A DNA stretch of 64,000 nt from Limnochordia bacterium (GCA_050951545.1 JBMNJG010000007.1:352001-416000), one strand, 5' to 3'; positions 24,201 to 29,307 are shown, numbered from the stretch's first letter. The notes: generated from the letters alone by a model not told the origin. Made by a program: numbers and translations.

Positions 24201-24729
24201 TGGAAGCAAGGGCATGGCAGATAGTCTGACCTTCAGCGGGGGCTCCAGTGTAGGCATCGTGTTCACCGGGCTTGCCAGTGACTACTCAGATATCCGTGTA
24301 GACACCGGTCTACTAGAGCTGCAAGGTGCTGTGATTGGCAGCCGGGCGGCCATACACACCAACACCGCGAGGATCGTGGCCGTCAACACCGGACGGGATA
24401 TTGGCGGCTCTGACGTCGCACTTATGGTGGGTTCCGCTCCGCTTGCCCTGACTGTCACCGGAGCGAGGGACATACAGACCACCGCCATCGTCTTGAGGGT
24501 CAATTCAGGCTTCGCGGTAAATGGCACGAGCAGTAGTTTGGGTGGGAGTACTAGTGACATCGTCTGGATCGTTCAGCAGCTGCACGGGTGTGGTGCCGGC
24601 AGCTTGTACCGGGTGATCTCATCAGACTCTGAGCTGTCCTTTGAGCGTTTCAACGTCGTAAATGACCATCTCGACTCCGACGAGGATGGCGAACAGGAGG
24701 ACCAGGACCACGATGAGGGTGAAGACTAG
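3280..24729 (+). CDS. Giant (7149 aa) LktA/filamentous-haemagglutinin-family TpsA exoprotein
   Basis: Long basic and hydrophobic signal peptide. TPS secretion domain (NSFGVFDI...NILNLV...SHIDGVLNS...GGNVYFLNPYG). Thousands of residues of G/A/V/S-rich beta-helix repeats (GVGAAVAIN-type). Adjacent TpsB gene. Confidence 0.9.
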   Translation: MMGTHGSWQRLTKLGVSAIRRRWCRKRTRTLVRQLITYMVSLSVVFGNSAFVITDIARAAQIVPDGQTATRVVVGGDAIDVTTTTVYGQSALNSFGVFDIDGGDVVNLHLPSGAHNILNLVHSRTSHIDGVLNSLQDGRVGGNVYFLNPYGLVVGTQGVLNVGGLTVVTPPPVFMQQFFRDPSTSVSRVLSGDTGVHSEGIIEIRGEINSTHGIALNAGEVVATGHLAVDITKSPVFDDLVNPGDLEIGDEIRITNGSIEIVAVGDITNSAEISTYGHDDIDAGDITIEAGGNIVLGSTSAIVAAGQGANSSGGDVTVSAAGSITAAEGSVVDARGGVADSFGGSIRLVAAERIEAAGEVYGGSSYVLPAEPEDIPERSGAISLTAPEITVSGIINAGSDDFGISSGDVFLTAERPDGGVASIRLDGAEVTGHSISAKAVSTVSDDSAAGIVQRSAAATIDIMSSDSDRYTWLMADRDISILAESNVSLTISPDTESDDSYDAAYAISGVDSTSRVHIGGYSFIEAVGDLEVGAKNTVAITSSATAVPDANGDDYVGGSVAVNKLTTLTEALISGDAEIYASSVAVTATSDNTVTTTAIAPSQGAREDASEDPQQQSQMKKSLNEYRDDAKTSEGEVTVAAALAINDVVSTTRAGLESNWRANTYGRVDVVSNSIYNSSVTADASTVGQGSDGIGAAVGINRVSSKNAALISSGVTAFDGISVVAKMNDDTPENQKRAKMDTVVVSGAGSGDTGVAGALAVNVQHTDSAAYINQDAATADGSIDMLSLNLSENSVKASPGRSADDVTGGIGASVAVNVAVNSSSAGVADDAMVTYLSAGGGMIPVSIARQLAPESPVPNFAPSARGVNITASSDHIVTTEAEAGAVGGTAVTPAVALSLVETATKAEMGSASSDVWNSTLYVDGDLSVEAESKESITTTAKGSSDAESAAIGTALAISLVDSTSEAIIQRSINAGGEVTIGAQSMGATSTSATASARGGKAKDASTPEDGVDKKVGEQTALAQKKRDGTKGEDDESDADNGRKKTPSAETSEGKASVAAAVGVNAVTSTTSARVADDVNVTVGGGLELTSAANTDTSVKADGSTVDGNRSGVGVGAAVAINQATLVNEAYLGSGDHFVHGLTIEAKTLEAGSGESGDRENTHSAEAISGAGASRVGVAGSLALNLTDSRTAARIGEDAVVVSDRADATLSAADRSRNIAKAVPTKSEAAGDKTGVGASVAVNVALGETLAELADEAYIVIVEAAMGLSATGDHAMETVAQAGAEGGVAVTPAAALSVSEHATVARLGTPMIDTGEPEVTIITGDLTVEAQSKESITTTAKGSSDAESAAIGAALAISLVDSTSEAITERGIHAGGEVTIGAQSMGTTSTSATASAKGGKEKDASTPEDGVDKKVGEQTALAQKKRGETKGEDDADDPADESDGDNGGKQAPSAETSEGQVSVAAAVGINIVTSTTRARAADGVDVTAGGDLKLSSAANTDTSVKADGSTVDGNNSGAGIGAAVAINQAILVNEAYLGTGDHLVNGLTIEAKTLETGAGKARDEENKHSAEAVSGAGSSKIGVAGSLAINLGDSRMAARIGEDAAVTVMDGDVSLTAADRSRNVAKALPTKSEVSGEKAGVGASVAVNVALGETLAELADRVDVTASSMSLSATGDHGMETVAQAGAAGGVAVTPAAALSVSEHATVARLGTLMIDTGEPEVTIITGDLTVKAQSKESITTTAKGSSDAETAAIGAALAISLANSTAEAVVERSIGTAGKATIQATSTGATHTSAIASAKGGREEDASTPEDGVDKKVGEQTALAQKKRAETKGEDDANESDDPADESDGDNGGKQAPSAETSEGKASVAAAVGVNLVTSTTSARVADDVNVTAGGGLKLSSAANTDTSVRADGSTVDGNRSDVGVGAAVAINQATQRNEAYLGTGTHSANGLAVEAKTLETGSGESGDKDNTHSAEAVSGAGASKVGVAGSLAINLTDSRTAARIGEEAIVGGQGGDVSLLAVDRSTNIAKASPTKGEVSGEKAGVGASVAMNVVLGETLAELADGADITASSMSLSATGDHGTKTEALAGAAGGVAVTPVVAIAVSDQKTAVATGRGSDISVKTGLSLQSRHISSVTTLADGNSEATSVAVGAAVALAFVTDSSEARLAGAVESAGDVSLEARQATSSTTSAKANLEGGKEEDEKTPEDGVDRKLQEQTDLAQKKKDEAQRGDAGGPSVLSDELESLPSAQTDEGKVSVAGAISANVSTSSVRAYTADGASVEAEGSFSIGSLGSYDASATADGSAVDGSRTNVGVGAAVAVNKVTSANEAYLGSGQYVVAKGITIQAGMMPKAYATSVAEAISGAGSEKVGVAGSLALHIADSVTVAQIREGAVVEANDTDVVLIAEGRSGRGTRASPGEGGSSGGSVGVGASVAILSLADTTEAGVEEAADLSGARNLTISASSDHDSETEARAGASGGVAIDSVVGLTTISQRTRASIGAGSLLSTSGGVSLHAVDTGDNGVTAIGDTESGNVGVGSSVALITTDSDISAVVDRDLGVAGDIDVVASATRRYETTASASAKGATDTTGGEPKNTSSKALDDNQDAQQGTRDDGKVLAAAAVAISYIDDDVRAAIYGGTASDERRVIDTAGNVQVNAVNLTNFSSRADGSTASLETTTGLSNGVALSILRNDTEALIGDYSSVSGANDISVSAVSESNTDAAYRDKLAAEALSGSGAKKAGVAGALAVTYSSASTNAYIGHATDLDDVGDVLISSDNTSKLSAKAWGGAAAKVGVGASVATIVSENEYRAYLGDDVLARVGSLDIRTRNHRIHEDVPFEYEDFKSLNLQGLLGESNYYTEALAGSGGTQVAVTGSYAVNVLDDTASASIGSGTIVYSDGSVRIDSQYDTSVRAITGGVVASGKVGVGTAHTSTVNSSTVLSTLFEGAHIADASSVGITAAADTDIGSFAASAAAADQTGVAGVSSLVVSSNYVEASMGDDSGVFIAVRPELGDDDQGDLFIRATNEYKGLNIAGDAAGGSTVGIGAALATNFVSNATNAFIGEGAEARAYHGIDLAALSTQDLRTVAAGGAGAEKVGVAASSTVNTLTTQTHAYIGYGAGVNRPRWPMPVIVSPEQYVSITATDDTKMISVAGGGGFGGKAGVGAGIDVGVIGKDTQAFVASHQDAPTLVNAYNTLRVQALSSEDITSVSGGLAGASTAGVAGAMSVYNITNTTRGYIGDYASVLSIGNVLIAAVDNNEMRLIDGNAAFAGTAGIGASGAVAVVDKNTEAFIGQHAEVTARGKAAGVLVNTGQYEIGYVTHADGDGNVGRPDYQITNLTGDTDEDGNDIIDEDDRIDNQSLTMDRVATLQTRSIKGLAVSATTKDHIESIAAGGAVSGTASVSAAATVSTVWNDTRAFIADGAQINQNNTDAGADQTVFVGAGTDYYHLGVAGTLAGSGTAGVGPGADISVVSNSTEAFVGRSAVISSMRDIEVKASAHEDTLSIAAAAAAGGAAGVAGGASINYIDNRTHAYVDNAARLAAEGNVIVVSDDVTNTDVIAGVLGLGIGAGVGQALDVSVINKDTQAYLGDDVVADAKGNSGGYLRVFTGDVDSAGNRTEKNMKGLLVQASSQEDIFNVVASGGAGIWAGVAGAVTVNKVSSNTAAYIGDRAKVNADPTGAGSAQAISVIAVNDVKARSITGSAGGAFVGVSGAVDIGIVDNNTAAFTGENATLGAKSDIGIVALSGKNLQNYSLGHAGGFVGVTGGVSVWSVGSDLDLDQETPVGDLWSALESEDGGSVEGLIGRHLYDADAANGARQADLARIDNRNGGDEGKSFGDLGFVNVVDFLLGGHIGDTQDTIAGIREVVNLVLYSLATAGLVGDDRKGVEAASQGDVGLRQVTNLNAYQVRGITAYVGDGSNLAAQNVAVMAREDLDFDQTVLGASTGAAAVGAAVSISTLDALADAHLGRNVVLNATGSVKVGSTLNQHHDLDTIAGTLGFFGNLGGSVAYVNDKSSSHAHVGDGARIASDSDILVLAGSVHNSNILALNAGTSIGSINGTVVWHETSGGTSATVGSDTKLASGGTVAVRATSGIDMQAEAYAPSVGAFLGLGAAVAILHDASQTEASVGAATEVTEARAVEVEATYAPHVDAYTHGVGVGGVAVGAAVSRAEVSGSVRSILGHGVKIGQLQGLTVGSLLVNALINLADGAQETAVAQTDGGASSGAVGAVGSDATAIVNPWVSAYIGGNAHIKTLQDIGVYATSLASAQAKARGLNISTAGVGVSLAEAFLTPRIRSYVGQSSVVNSGGSITVQSRHNTDRQGQLLADMKAEASAWSATGTLVGGGNGADAEADASADMDTYVAGGTGSSLQAAGTVSIISTSGNRATALADGQAYSGGIGVGAVFADAVTSGTTVAHLDAITVNAGALRLRSVTNDDADAMTKSGAGAILAGSGSIANATADSATTASTGAYVNATVTGGTGIMAVSGSKANADAKGVNGGVLAVGVSQATALTAPEVRAYLGWGNRLITAGLTISALARPLGDSLAAKAYSSASGGGLVGVNATASEAINETNVVSHVGDDSLLTVTGTVLINARADSKQEAKSTAYTGGIVAAGANSSEASSDTNVTAYLGKGVNVSSGVLEVRALGVDDNYAESVAGSGGVLAGTAASAHTRTTGQTQAYVGEGRSSRSISAGSFRLDATHIAYFNAATDSINAAVVGASGAQATNTFNHAVKADVFDNAIIKATGISITAGNTITKDWLNQYNVRSGSGGLLDAAAASSVTTISNETSIGVGNNARLEVYGDREDPGALLLAATNHIQAYDRVRLDAGGAIEIARVESSVLNNTHSASVEIGSGADLLSVGDVHVSATSDVDIQTRANARTYGGAGAAEGSSHSRAAVSNTVSLGDGASILALGDVYLRAGSDHRGIDGYFNVLANTDLWNKTAFPIETDPNAQAYLTQTTTVSLQPGSSVKSAGNASLVASKGLRTVVGYGVGTDHYRQFLEEIGQAVEDAVGDGEEVSLKIEVHSSTKRATTKVQVDGTVHVGIENKRYLYVDENGNVETRVQADGTATSEGISISRTEEDLRSSILERIHELENMEDSLGNYDPALFEGERNTLLQEKADKIAKRSRLEVERANLDPRNDAEQIRVINQLIGVLEGRIQAINVRLSELEVLTGGESQRLQQRYAAEIAALQFQLSQLGDRSNVTVLSVNEPITARSGNIYVTADSLVGAGELLAPGDTTIKIENKSPYFLRTNKMTIPDHAGGQLFFNKVAVGSNAEINARNFTSGAGFSRILTTDNTQPHISVVNSYIPVGSAWGPDIFVDGDIRNLRGDVAITSLRGSIQIKDGVNLAADSLSINAGRNLVIGYTEGFRSIAGDIEAHWREYLEWVEDQGWIAYAPPVNKKPSDLIDITWADKPSILMANNIFIAAEYLNINGVIQSGIPQYSLVIDKPLESELAAYKQRYDDAKAAGRPIDRIYTGLSINPTPDEHGHIDITKVIVRYDAEDNCLELEPVHIMGGYLELYGHIMNTSAGKLRVMDGYGTIDIVNNTSYTLRLGDVNTGSGIQGTIKITDTAKKTASGDPLVTLMKRVGSHIETYTNYDTGVLNLERPIALTSGRFTSYEPLENQYYSWTSIESTALTEGRYLDKETWFWIFDDMEQYVSDVIRRPLLEPTSMEGAVVRQIPGFHSTYWYEGAHYYTDPSAWQNVWDSWQEIEKETFLGITYYTKERLLQERTATLTQIHNHNIKASHPIGIEFIGANTGILNVTSAGDIVVNGEISNTKGTMNLSSESAILQGDSELAQLVGGAISLGARTGIGQSQTPLMINTEGGALTAATLRGDIHLHETLGDLVVGHVVAHTGDVNLVADGTMHLSGPSSLIQGGRVELTSLHGGLGAAGSPVMVDTRAIEAGGLTVTAAGDIYLWEKTGDLYVNKVVSTGGDVHLGVAEGSLIDNNDAQVKDVRAEQGLLSLLWDDMELLGSRAESNAERTVRAYEQMKESEYQTYWQYRQRQVSGKGRRPLPADEYHADAWIALTKDEIAYYESELGWTDRQITAYEAQMTSDFHQMHKSYGVTGKEYDREWEYRVERPEAGGRIIYDPAGYDAVRYSEWDSLIYGHAWTQEQLMNVIGSIKEVTDTRVWIEEPNIIGHNVQLTAAGSIGHSVPFHIPLRLDGKWRWSDLSLDQQLLVLAAEKDDIVYGPTTVTVTSRETIDVEATGKVWANAYNGAIYLGSEGDINLNYASATGEVRIKTAGAINNGTPDGINVRGQNAVLEAAYGSIGGLHTPLLLDIGAAKVTARAGGNIYLKSQGDMRIDTIYTPGYVGLTSSGHILGISSAQPFVRDDLTIRARSLKFDASLGIGSTDSPLRIGLDPNGVLSAEAAESITIDSPRHDVRTGLIEAGGSIRLSGGRDISILSGIGPVLFWTPPILPPIDPGDLPPPPPSKHVRSLQGQVIIQAGGSILDGDSNDLSGISGRGITLTAGGSIGTAENALELNFAAQGSQDTLTAHAQQGVFITAVTSALHARDVSSATSDVHLVTLDGPILAGWITADNGTVALLSNGYIAPGGTFGGIRAAQIALRAPNAHIGSLLNPLRIDSHGTTTGVVSASAKGNIALKSIRGDLVVGHLATEEGLVYVASERSILGASDQNGPHIDVRSLDGSLTLAAAECIGVPGNPLAYASSSATGIIVIAGADVSLTRLGGDLLIDQIVGQGKMVELNAPSGGIYGDLVAGAWVELNAQGDVGQAYNPLRVASTEELFGQIGGSAYIESPEGYGTTLGDLYVWGDLTLASEEIVLRGSVKADHDMKLVALDSITSGSEKHSIRGHHIELTAMKGSIGEPEKSVVVGGHERLNAQAYSHIFLEIRGGDLVSDYIVSKTGKVGIYVPNGNARIAQRKIRRLTDSDPENLWGVSATELLCLLPAAGSTLSIGQASIAGVVQISADAIEFDALTHTGLQPLQVAIGGGSKGMADSLTFSGGSSVGIVFTGLASDYSDIRVDTGLLELQGAVIGSRAAIHTNTARIVAVNTGRDIGGSDVALMVGSAPLALTVTGARDIQTTAIVLRVNSGFAVNGTSSSLGGSTSDIVWIVQQLHGCGAGSLYRVISSDSELSFERFNVVNDHLDSDEDGEQEDQDHDEGED
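5900..10100 (+). repeat. Intragenic tandem repeats of ~1.2 kb (~400 aa)
   Basis: GATGCCTCGACGCC...GTCGACAAGAAAGTTGGAGAACAGACCGCTCTGGCTCAGAAGAAGCG recurs at 6286, 7483 and 8692, with a degenerate copy near 9892. Weaker units lie near 5100 and 11040. Confidence 0.9.
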
Positions 24730-24746
24730 GTGTTAGGGGTGTAGTT

Positions 24747-26249
24747 ATGCGCACATCGACCTGCCCAGAGGCGGTAAGCAAGACGCTAAGAAGAGGGCTG
24801 TTCCTTCTGACGATCATAGGTCTATGCAGTGGTCCTTGCTGGGCAGAGGATGTTGCGAGGATCTTCATCACTGAGATCATCACAGACACCTCGCAGATAC
24901 TCTCAGAAAGTGAGATCGAGTCCGTCACCAGCAGGTATGTGCGACGGGATGTCACCATCACCGATCTGAACGAGATGGTAGGGGAGATCAACGAGCTGTA
25001 TCGACAGAGGGGCTTCATCACTGCGAAAGCTATTCTACCAGCCCAAAAGATAGAGAACGGTGTTGTCAGAATCCGCCTCGTAGAAGGACGGATAGGTAGG
25101 GTTGTGGTAGAGGGGAACAGGTCTGCGGCCGCCTCATACTTCACAAAGAGAATCCGGCTGACACCAGGTGATCTCATTCGCTTGGATAGGATGACGAATG
25201 AGGTCGGCTACTTCAACCGCGTAAACGACGATCAGGTCAACGTCCAGCTGACACCAGGTGAGGAGTTCGGGACAACCGATTGCGTACTGGTCATTCAGGA
25301 GGCTCGGGATCAAAGAATAGTCTTCATTGATAACGCTGGACGTGACGAAACTGGACTGATCCGCTTGGGTGCCACGTTCGTGCGCAGTCACCTGTTTGGT
25401 CACGGTGACCCTCTCTCTGTTTCTGGGGTATGGGCGCAAGGCACATTGGCTGGATCCGTGTCGTATCGAGTACCTATAGGTGTTCGAGGTGCACGACTCA
25501 CGATCGGATATGATGGCTCCCAAATAGATATCTTGTCGCCGGGGTTTGAGGACCTCGACATCAAAGGCTACTCATCTGACGTGCACATGGAGTTCGGCTA
25601 TCCCCTGGTAGTGACGCCCAAGCTCAGAGTATGGGGACCGGTACAGCTTCACCACAAGAGCTCTAACTCTACTTTTTCTGGAGCAAGTCTTGTCGGATCA
25701 GTCGTAAGAACTGCCGGAGTGGGCCTTAACGTACAGTGGGAAGGTTCGGGATTGGTGGGGTATGGCCAGTGTGATTACCAGGTAGGCGAAACCAAGCTGG
25801 AAAACGGTGATGGCGAAGGAGATACGTTCAGCAAGGGCGATTGTTCCTTCACTGGGCAGACCGCGTTGGCCAACAGGTTGTTCCTGACCGTTAGGGGTGC
25901 TGTGCAGGAAACGAAAGATCAGCTTCCGTCGTCCGAGAAGTTCTCGGTCGGCGGGGCCTCAACGGTGCGGGGATACCCGGAGGGGGCGCTAATCGGCGAC
26001 CGGGGCTTCTTCGCCAGCGTTGAGCTGGAGGCGCCGATGGGCTCGAGGCTCGCAGGCATCGTGTTCGTGGATCATGGTGGAGCCTTCGCGGCTACCGGGA
26101 GCGGCGTGGCGCATGAGTCGGGCCATCTGACTGGGATGGGAGTCGGCGTCTCTGCGCGTATCTTGCCCGGTCTGTCATGCAAGGTAGCGTATGGAATGTC
26201 GCAGCAACGCTCGCCAAGGGTTCATGTCTCGCTTCAGGCATCGCTTTAG
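24747..26249 (+). CDS. ShlB/FhaC/HecB family two-partner secretion outer-membrane transporter (TpsB)
   Basis: POTRA motif (INELYRQRGFITAKAILPAQKIENGVVRIRLVEGRIG), DNAG, loop-6 VRGY and FVDHG motifs. Confidence 0.92.
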   Translation: MRTSTCPEAVSKTLRRGLFLLTIIGLCSGPCWAEDVARIFITEIITDTSQILSESEIESVTSRYVRRDVTITDLNEMVGEINELYRQRGFITAKAILPAQKIENGVVRIRLVEGRIGRVVVEGNRSAAASYFTKRIRLTPGDLIRLDRMTNEVGYFNRVNDDQVNVQLTPGEEFGTTDCVLVIQEARDQRIVFIDNAGRDETGLIRLGATFVRSHLFGHGDPLSVSGVWAQGTLAGSVSYRVPIGVRGARLTIGYDGSQIDILSPGFEDLDIKGYSSDVHMEFGYPLVVTPKLRVWGPVQLHHKSSNSTFSGASLVGSVVRTAGVGLNVQWEGSGLVGYGQCDYQVGETKLENGDGEGDTFSKGDCSFTGQTALANRLFLTVRGAVQETKDQLPSSEKFSVGGASTVRGYPEGALIGDRGFFASVELEAPMGSRLAGIVFVDHGGAFAATGSGVAHESGHLTGMGVGVSARILPGLSCKVAYGMSQQRSPRVHVSLQASL

Positions 26250-26300
26250 AAGCGGCTGCCATGGTTGAGTCATCAGGTGATTTGAGGAGGCGCAAGTGAG

Positions 26301-26849
26301 ATGACAGGATTCGCAGCAAAAGCAAGGGCTGGTCTGATTGTGTTTCTGCTGGCGGTCATCATGACACCGACTGCAGGTGCAGCTCAGATCAAGATCGGAG
26401 TCATTGATATCAACACTGTCATTGGTCAGTCGGATGCAGGCCGGGCGGCGAACGACAGCCTTGCTCGTTTCATTGAGAGTACCAAGGCGGACTTGACAAA
26501 ACGGCAGAAGGCCATAGAGGATATGCGCCAGAATCTCGATGACGCATCCACGCCCGCTGAGGAGCGAGAGAAGAAGACGCTCGAACTAGATCAGCTAGAG
26601 AACGAACTGCAGGCAATGATATCAGAGGCGCAAAAAGCCATTGATAACCGAGCGGAGGAATACCGGAAGCTTGTGCTCGAGGATGTAGGCAAGGTACTGG
26701 CACTTATCGCGGAGGAAAATGGATACCATGTGATCATCGATTCCTCTTCGGTTTTCTACTACGCAAGGCTCGTTGATATCACCTGGGAAGTGATCAGGAA
26801 GTACAACGACCTGTTTGAGAAAGCAAGTCAGTCGGCTCAGGGGCAGTAG
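26301..26849 (+). CDS. OmpH/Skp family periplasmic chaperone
   Basis: Signal peptide, KIGVIDINTVI, long coiled coil, IAEENGYHVIID...VDITWEVI. GAGGAGG RBS. Confidence 0.88.
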   Translation: MTGFAAKARAGLIVFLLAVIMTPTAGAAQIKIGVIDINTVIGQSDAGRAANDSLARFIESTKADLTKRQKAIEDMRQNLDDASTPAEEREKKTLELDQLENELQAMISEAQKAIDNRAEEYRKLVLEDVGKVLALIAEENGYHVIIDSSSVFYYARLVDITWEVIRKYNDLFEKASQSAQGQ

Positions 26850-26887
26850 GTTACTGTTGACATATCTTCTGGGATTCCCCTTAACTC

Positions 26888-26924
26888 AACAGGCCGCCAT
26901 GACCACGGTCATGACGGCCTGTTT
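26888..26924. terminator. Intrinsic terminator between convergent genes
   Basis: AACAGGCCGCCATGAC / GTCATGACGGCCTGTT inverted repeat (one mismatch). Confidence 0.75.
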
Positions 26925-26963
26925 GGTTAGCCGATGCTGAGAAGTAACGCCAAGTGCGTTCCT

Positions 26964-28238
26964 CTAGCGGTAGGACAAGATGGTCCGCAGGCTTTCCGCG
27001 AGCTGTTCAGCTGCAGTTTCCGGACCTACAGTGTTTTGCCATAGCGCGCCGATGTGTCGGTCGTAGGCTCCGCTTACCTGGCTGTACTCTTTCGTAAAGG
27101 GGAACTTCTGCCCGAACTCAAAGGAGCGGAAGACTGCTTCCCAGTCACGCTGATGCCCGGGCACCGAGCGCTCCATCTGAGGGATAAAGCTCCTCCAGGT
27201 TGATTGTCGCTTGGCTGGTCCCCATGCACCTTCTGCCAGCAGTGTGGCCTCTGGTTCGTAGCCCAGATACTTGACTAGAGTCCAGGCTGTCTCTACGTTC
27301 TTAGCTTGGGCGTTCATAGTAAAGGCTGTGCCATGCGACTCAGTTACTCGTTTGCCGCCTCGCCATCCCGGCATTACGGAGGCATGCCACTCGAAGGGCA
27401 GATTCTGGGCATTGAAGTAACCAATACCACTGTTCCATCCGATGGTCGTTGCCAGGTTGCCGTTGGCCCAGGCAACAGTAGCAGCCGTCGGTATGCCAGG
27501 ACCTGGAGCAGCATTGTACTCAAAGGCTAGACCATGGAAGAAACGCAAGGCCTCGACCGATGCCGGTAGGTTAGCTAGAACTTTCTTTTCGGCCGTGTCG
27601 AAGAAACCCCCGCCGCGAGCCGTCATCGCTGCCCAGACGGTGTAGATGCTACCACCATAGCCAAATGAGCCGAACTGCGTTACTGCCCCTTCGTTGTTCT
27701 TCCTCGTGAGTTTTCGCACCGCAGCCAGAAACTGGTCATCCCAGTTCCAGGTCTCATCGGGCAAGGCTACACCCGCCTCCTCGAACAGATTCTGGTTAAA
27801 GTACATCATCTGCACATCGAGGATATGTGGCAGGCCGTACAGGCGTCCCTCGTGGTAAAGCGGGGCGGTCGGGAAATAATCGGTCATTTTGAGATCGCGT
27901 TTGGCAAGACTGGTGAGGTCCATGAAGACGTTGTGCTCGATGAACTGTGGAAAGTAGGCGGGGCTGACCAAGATCACATCGGCTGCCAAGCCTGAGGTCA
28001 GTTCGACCAACAGCTTCTCATGGTAGACCCCCCACACTGAGTAGCGGGTATCGACGCTGATATCGGGGTACTTCTCCTCAAACGCACCTACCACTTTCTG
28101 GAACAGCTCGACCTGCTCGGGCTGGCCCCAGAAACCGAAAGAGATATCCTGTTTTGCGGCTATTCCTTGAACAGGACAAAGCGAGATCAGCATGAAGGCC
28201 AACGTTGTCATGAGCATGAGTTGTCTCGGCCGCTTCAA
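26964..28238 (-). CDS. Carbohydrate ABC transporter substrate-binding protein
   Basis: SBP motifs (FEEKYPDI, LYGLP, YFNQNLFEEAGV, AWTLVKYL). Likely TTG start at 28238 (MKRPRQLMLM...) after GGGGGTG. Confidence 0.88.
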   Translation of the reverse strand: MKRPRQLMLMTTLAFMLISLCPVQGIAAKQDISFGFWGQPEQVELFQKVVGAFEEKYPDISVDTRYSVWGVYHEKLLVELTSGLAADVILVSPAYFPQFIEHNVFMDLTSLAKRDLKMTDYFPTAPLYHEGRLYGLPHILDVQMMYFNQNLFEEAGVALPDETWNWDDQFLAAVRKLTRKNNEGAVTQFGSFGYGGSIYTVWAAMTARGGGFFDTAEKKVLANLPASVEALRFFHGLAFEYNAAPGPGIPTAATVAWANGNLATTIGWNSGIGYFNAQNLPFEWHASVMPGWRGGKRVTESHGTAFTMNAQAKNVETAWTLVKYLGYEPEATLLAEGAWGPAKRQSTWRSFIPQMERSVPGHQRDWEAVFRSFEFGQKFPFTKEYSQVSGAYDRHIGALWQNTVGPETAAEQLAESLRTILSYR

Positions 28239-28471
28239 CAACAGCACCCCCAGAGCCTGATGCGTATTTTCGTTGTCATCTTCTGCAAATGATGCTCTAG
28301 TCCTGCAGTCGGAGGGGGCAAAGGGAGTCGCTGGCTTTCTGATCCGTCCTGCCAGGCGATGGCAAGCAGCGAAAAAAACAGCAGGTGAGTGAGTATATGA
28401 AAGGAATATGGTTACGCATAAAGAACCAATCAACTGAGAGTGTGGACAAACACAAGAAAGGGGTTTGTGCT

Positions 28472-29119
28472 GTGAAGAGACTTCATGTGCTTGGTCTAGC
28501 AGTGTTCGTGGCTCTTATCGTAAGCGTCGTAGCTGCTGCGGCAGCTCCTAATCTAGAGATCGTCATACCGAAAGCAACCAAGGCTCCGGTCATTGATGGA
28601 AAACTCAATGACGCGGCTTGGTTGAACGCGAGCATCAAAGGCGGCAAGGCTGTTGTAGATGTCGACAACAATGGTGTGATCTTGAGTCAGTACCCGCGCG
28701 TGGCTTACCTGACCTATGACGACAAGGCTCTCTACGTCGCGTTTGCCATTTTCGCCCCGGACGTGACAAAGCTTGAGTCGAGCTTGCCTGCCTGGTCGCA
28801 CAACGACGAGATCGAGGTCTTCCTGCAGCCCTTCAAGGTTGGTGACCATTTCCAGTTTGGCGTTACCGCTAACGGTACGCAGGGCGGCAGGGGAACTGGT
28901 GCACAGGCGGCTGTCAGCACAGCTGGTATTCGCTGGGTCGTCGAAATGGCTATTCCTTGGGACTCTGTCGGAGGCAAGGCTCCTAAGGCTGGTGACAAGT
29001 GGGGCCTGAACCTCTGCGGTCGTCAGATCGCTGTTGGTGATCAGTGGTTGGCTTGGAACTGCACCTTTGGGGGCTTCCACAACCCGGCTGCCTTCGGTAC
29101 GGCCATCTTTGGAGAGTAA
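28472..29119 (+). CDS. Secreted stand-alone CBM9/DOMON-like sugar-binding protein
   Basis: Signal peptide; APVIDGKLNDAAW, YDDKALYVAF, DEIEVFL, WVVEMAIPW and WGLNLC motifs. Confidence 0.75.
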   Translation: MKRLHVLGLAVFVALIVSVVAAAAAPNLEIVIPKATKAPVIDGKLNDAAWLNASIKGGKAVVDVDNNGVILSQYPRVAYLTYDDKALYVAFAIFAPDVTKLESSLPAWSHNDEIEVFLQPFKVGDHFQFGVTANGTQGGRGTGAQAAVSTAGIRWVVEMAIPWDSVGGKAPKAGDKWGLNLCGRQIAVGDQWLAWNCTFGGFHNPAAFGTAIFGE

Positions 29120-29307
29120 TCGGCTTTTCTTTGGGGGCCGCCGCTGAGGCGGTCCCTCTCTTGCGACCAACACTAGGGATGGCTGCTGGCCTATCTTCAG
29201 TGCTGCCAACGGGCAGCCGTCGGGGATGGGTTGGTGGTCATCTACTCTATATGTGGCTTATGTCGATGATGCAGCATGGAGGGACCTTTTCTTGAGGAGG
29301 GTATAGT

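Noticed and set aside
3291-24560. Numerous antisense and off-frame ORFs within the giant gene
   Set aside because: Low-complexity shadows of a GC-rich repetitive coding strand, with no RBS or family motifs.
3280-26849. Contact-dependent inhibition (CdiBAI) system
   Set aside because: No VENN/pre-toxin motif, no recognisable C-terminal toxin and no immunity ORF. The gene after tpsB is clearly Skp-like.
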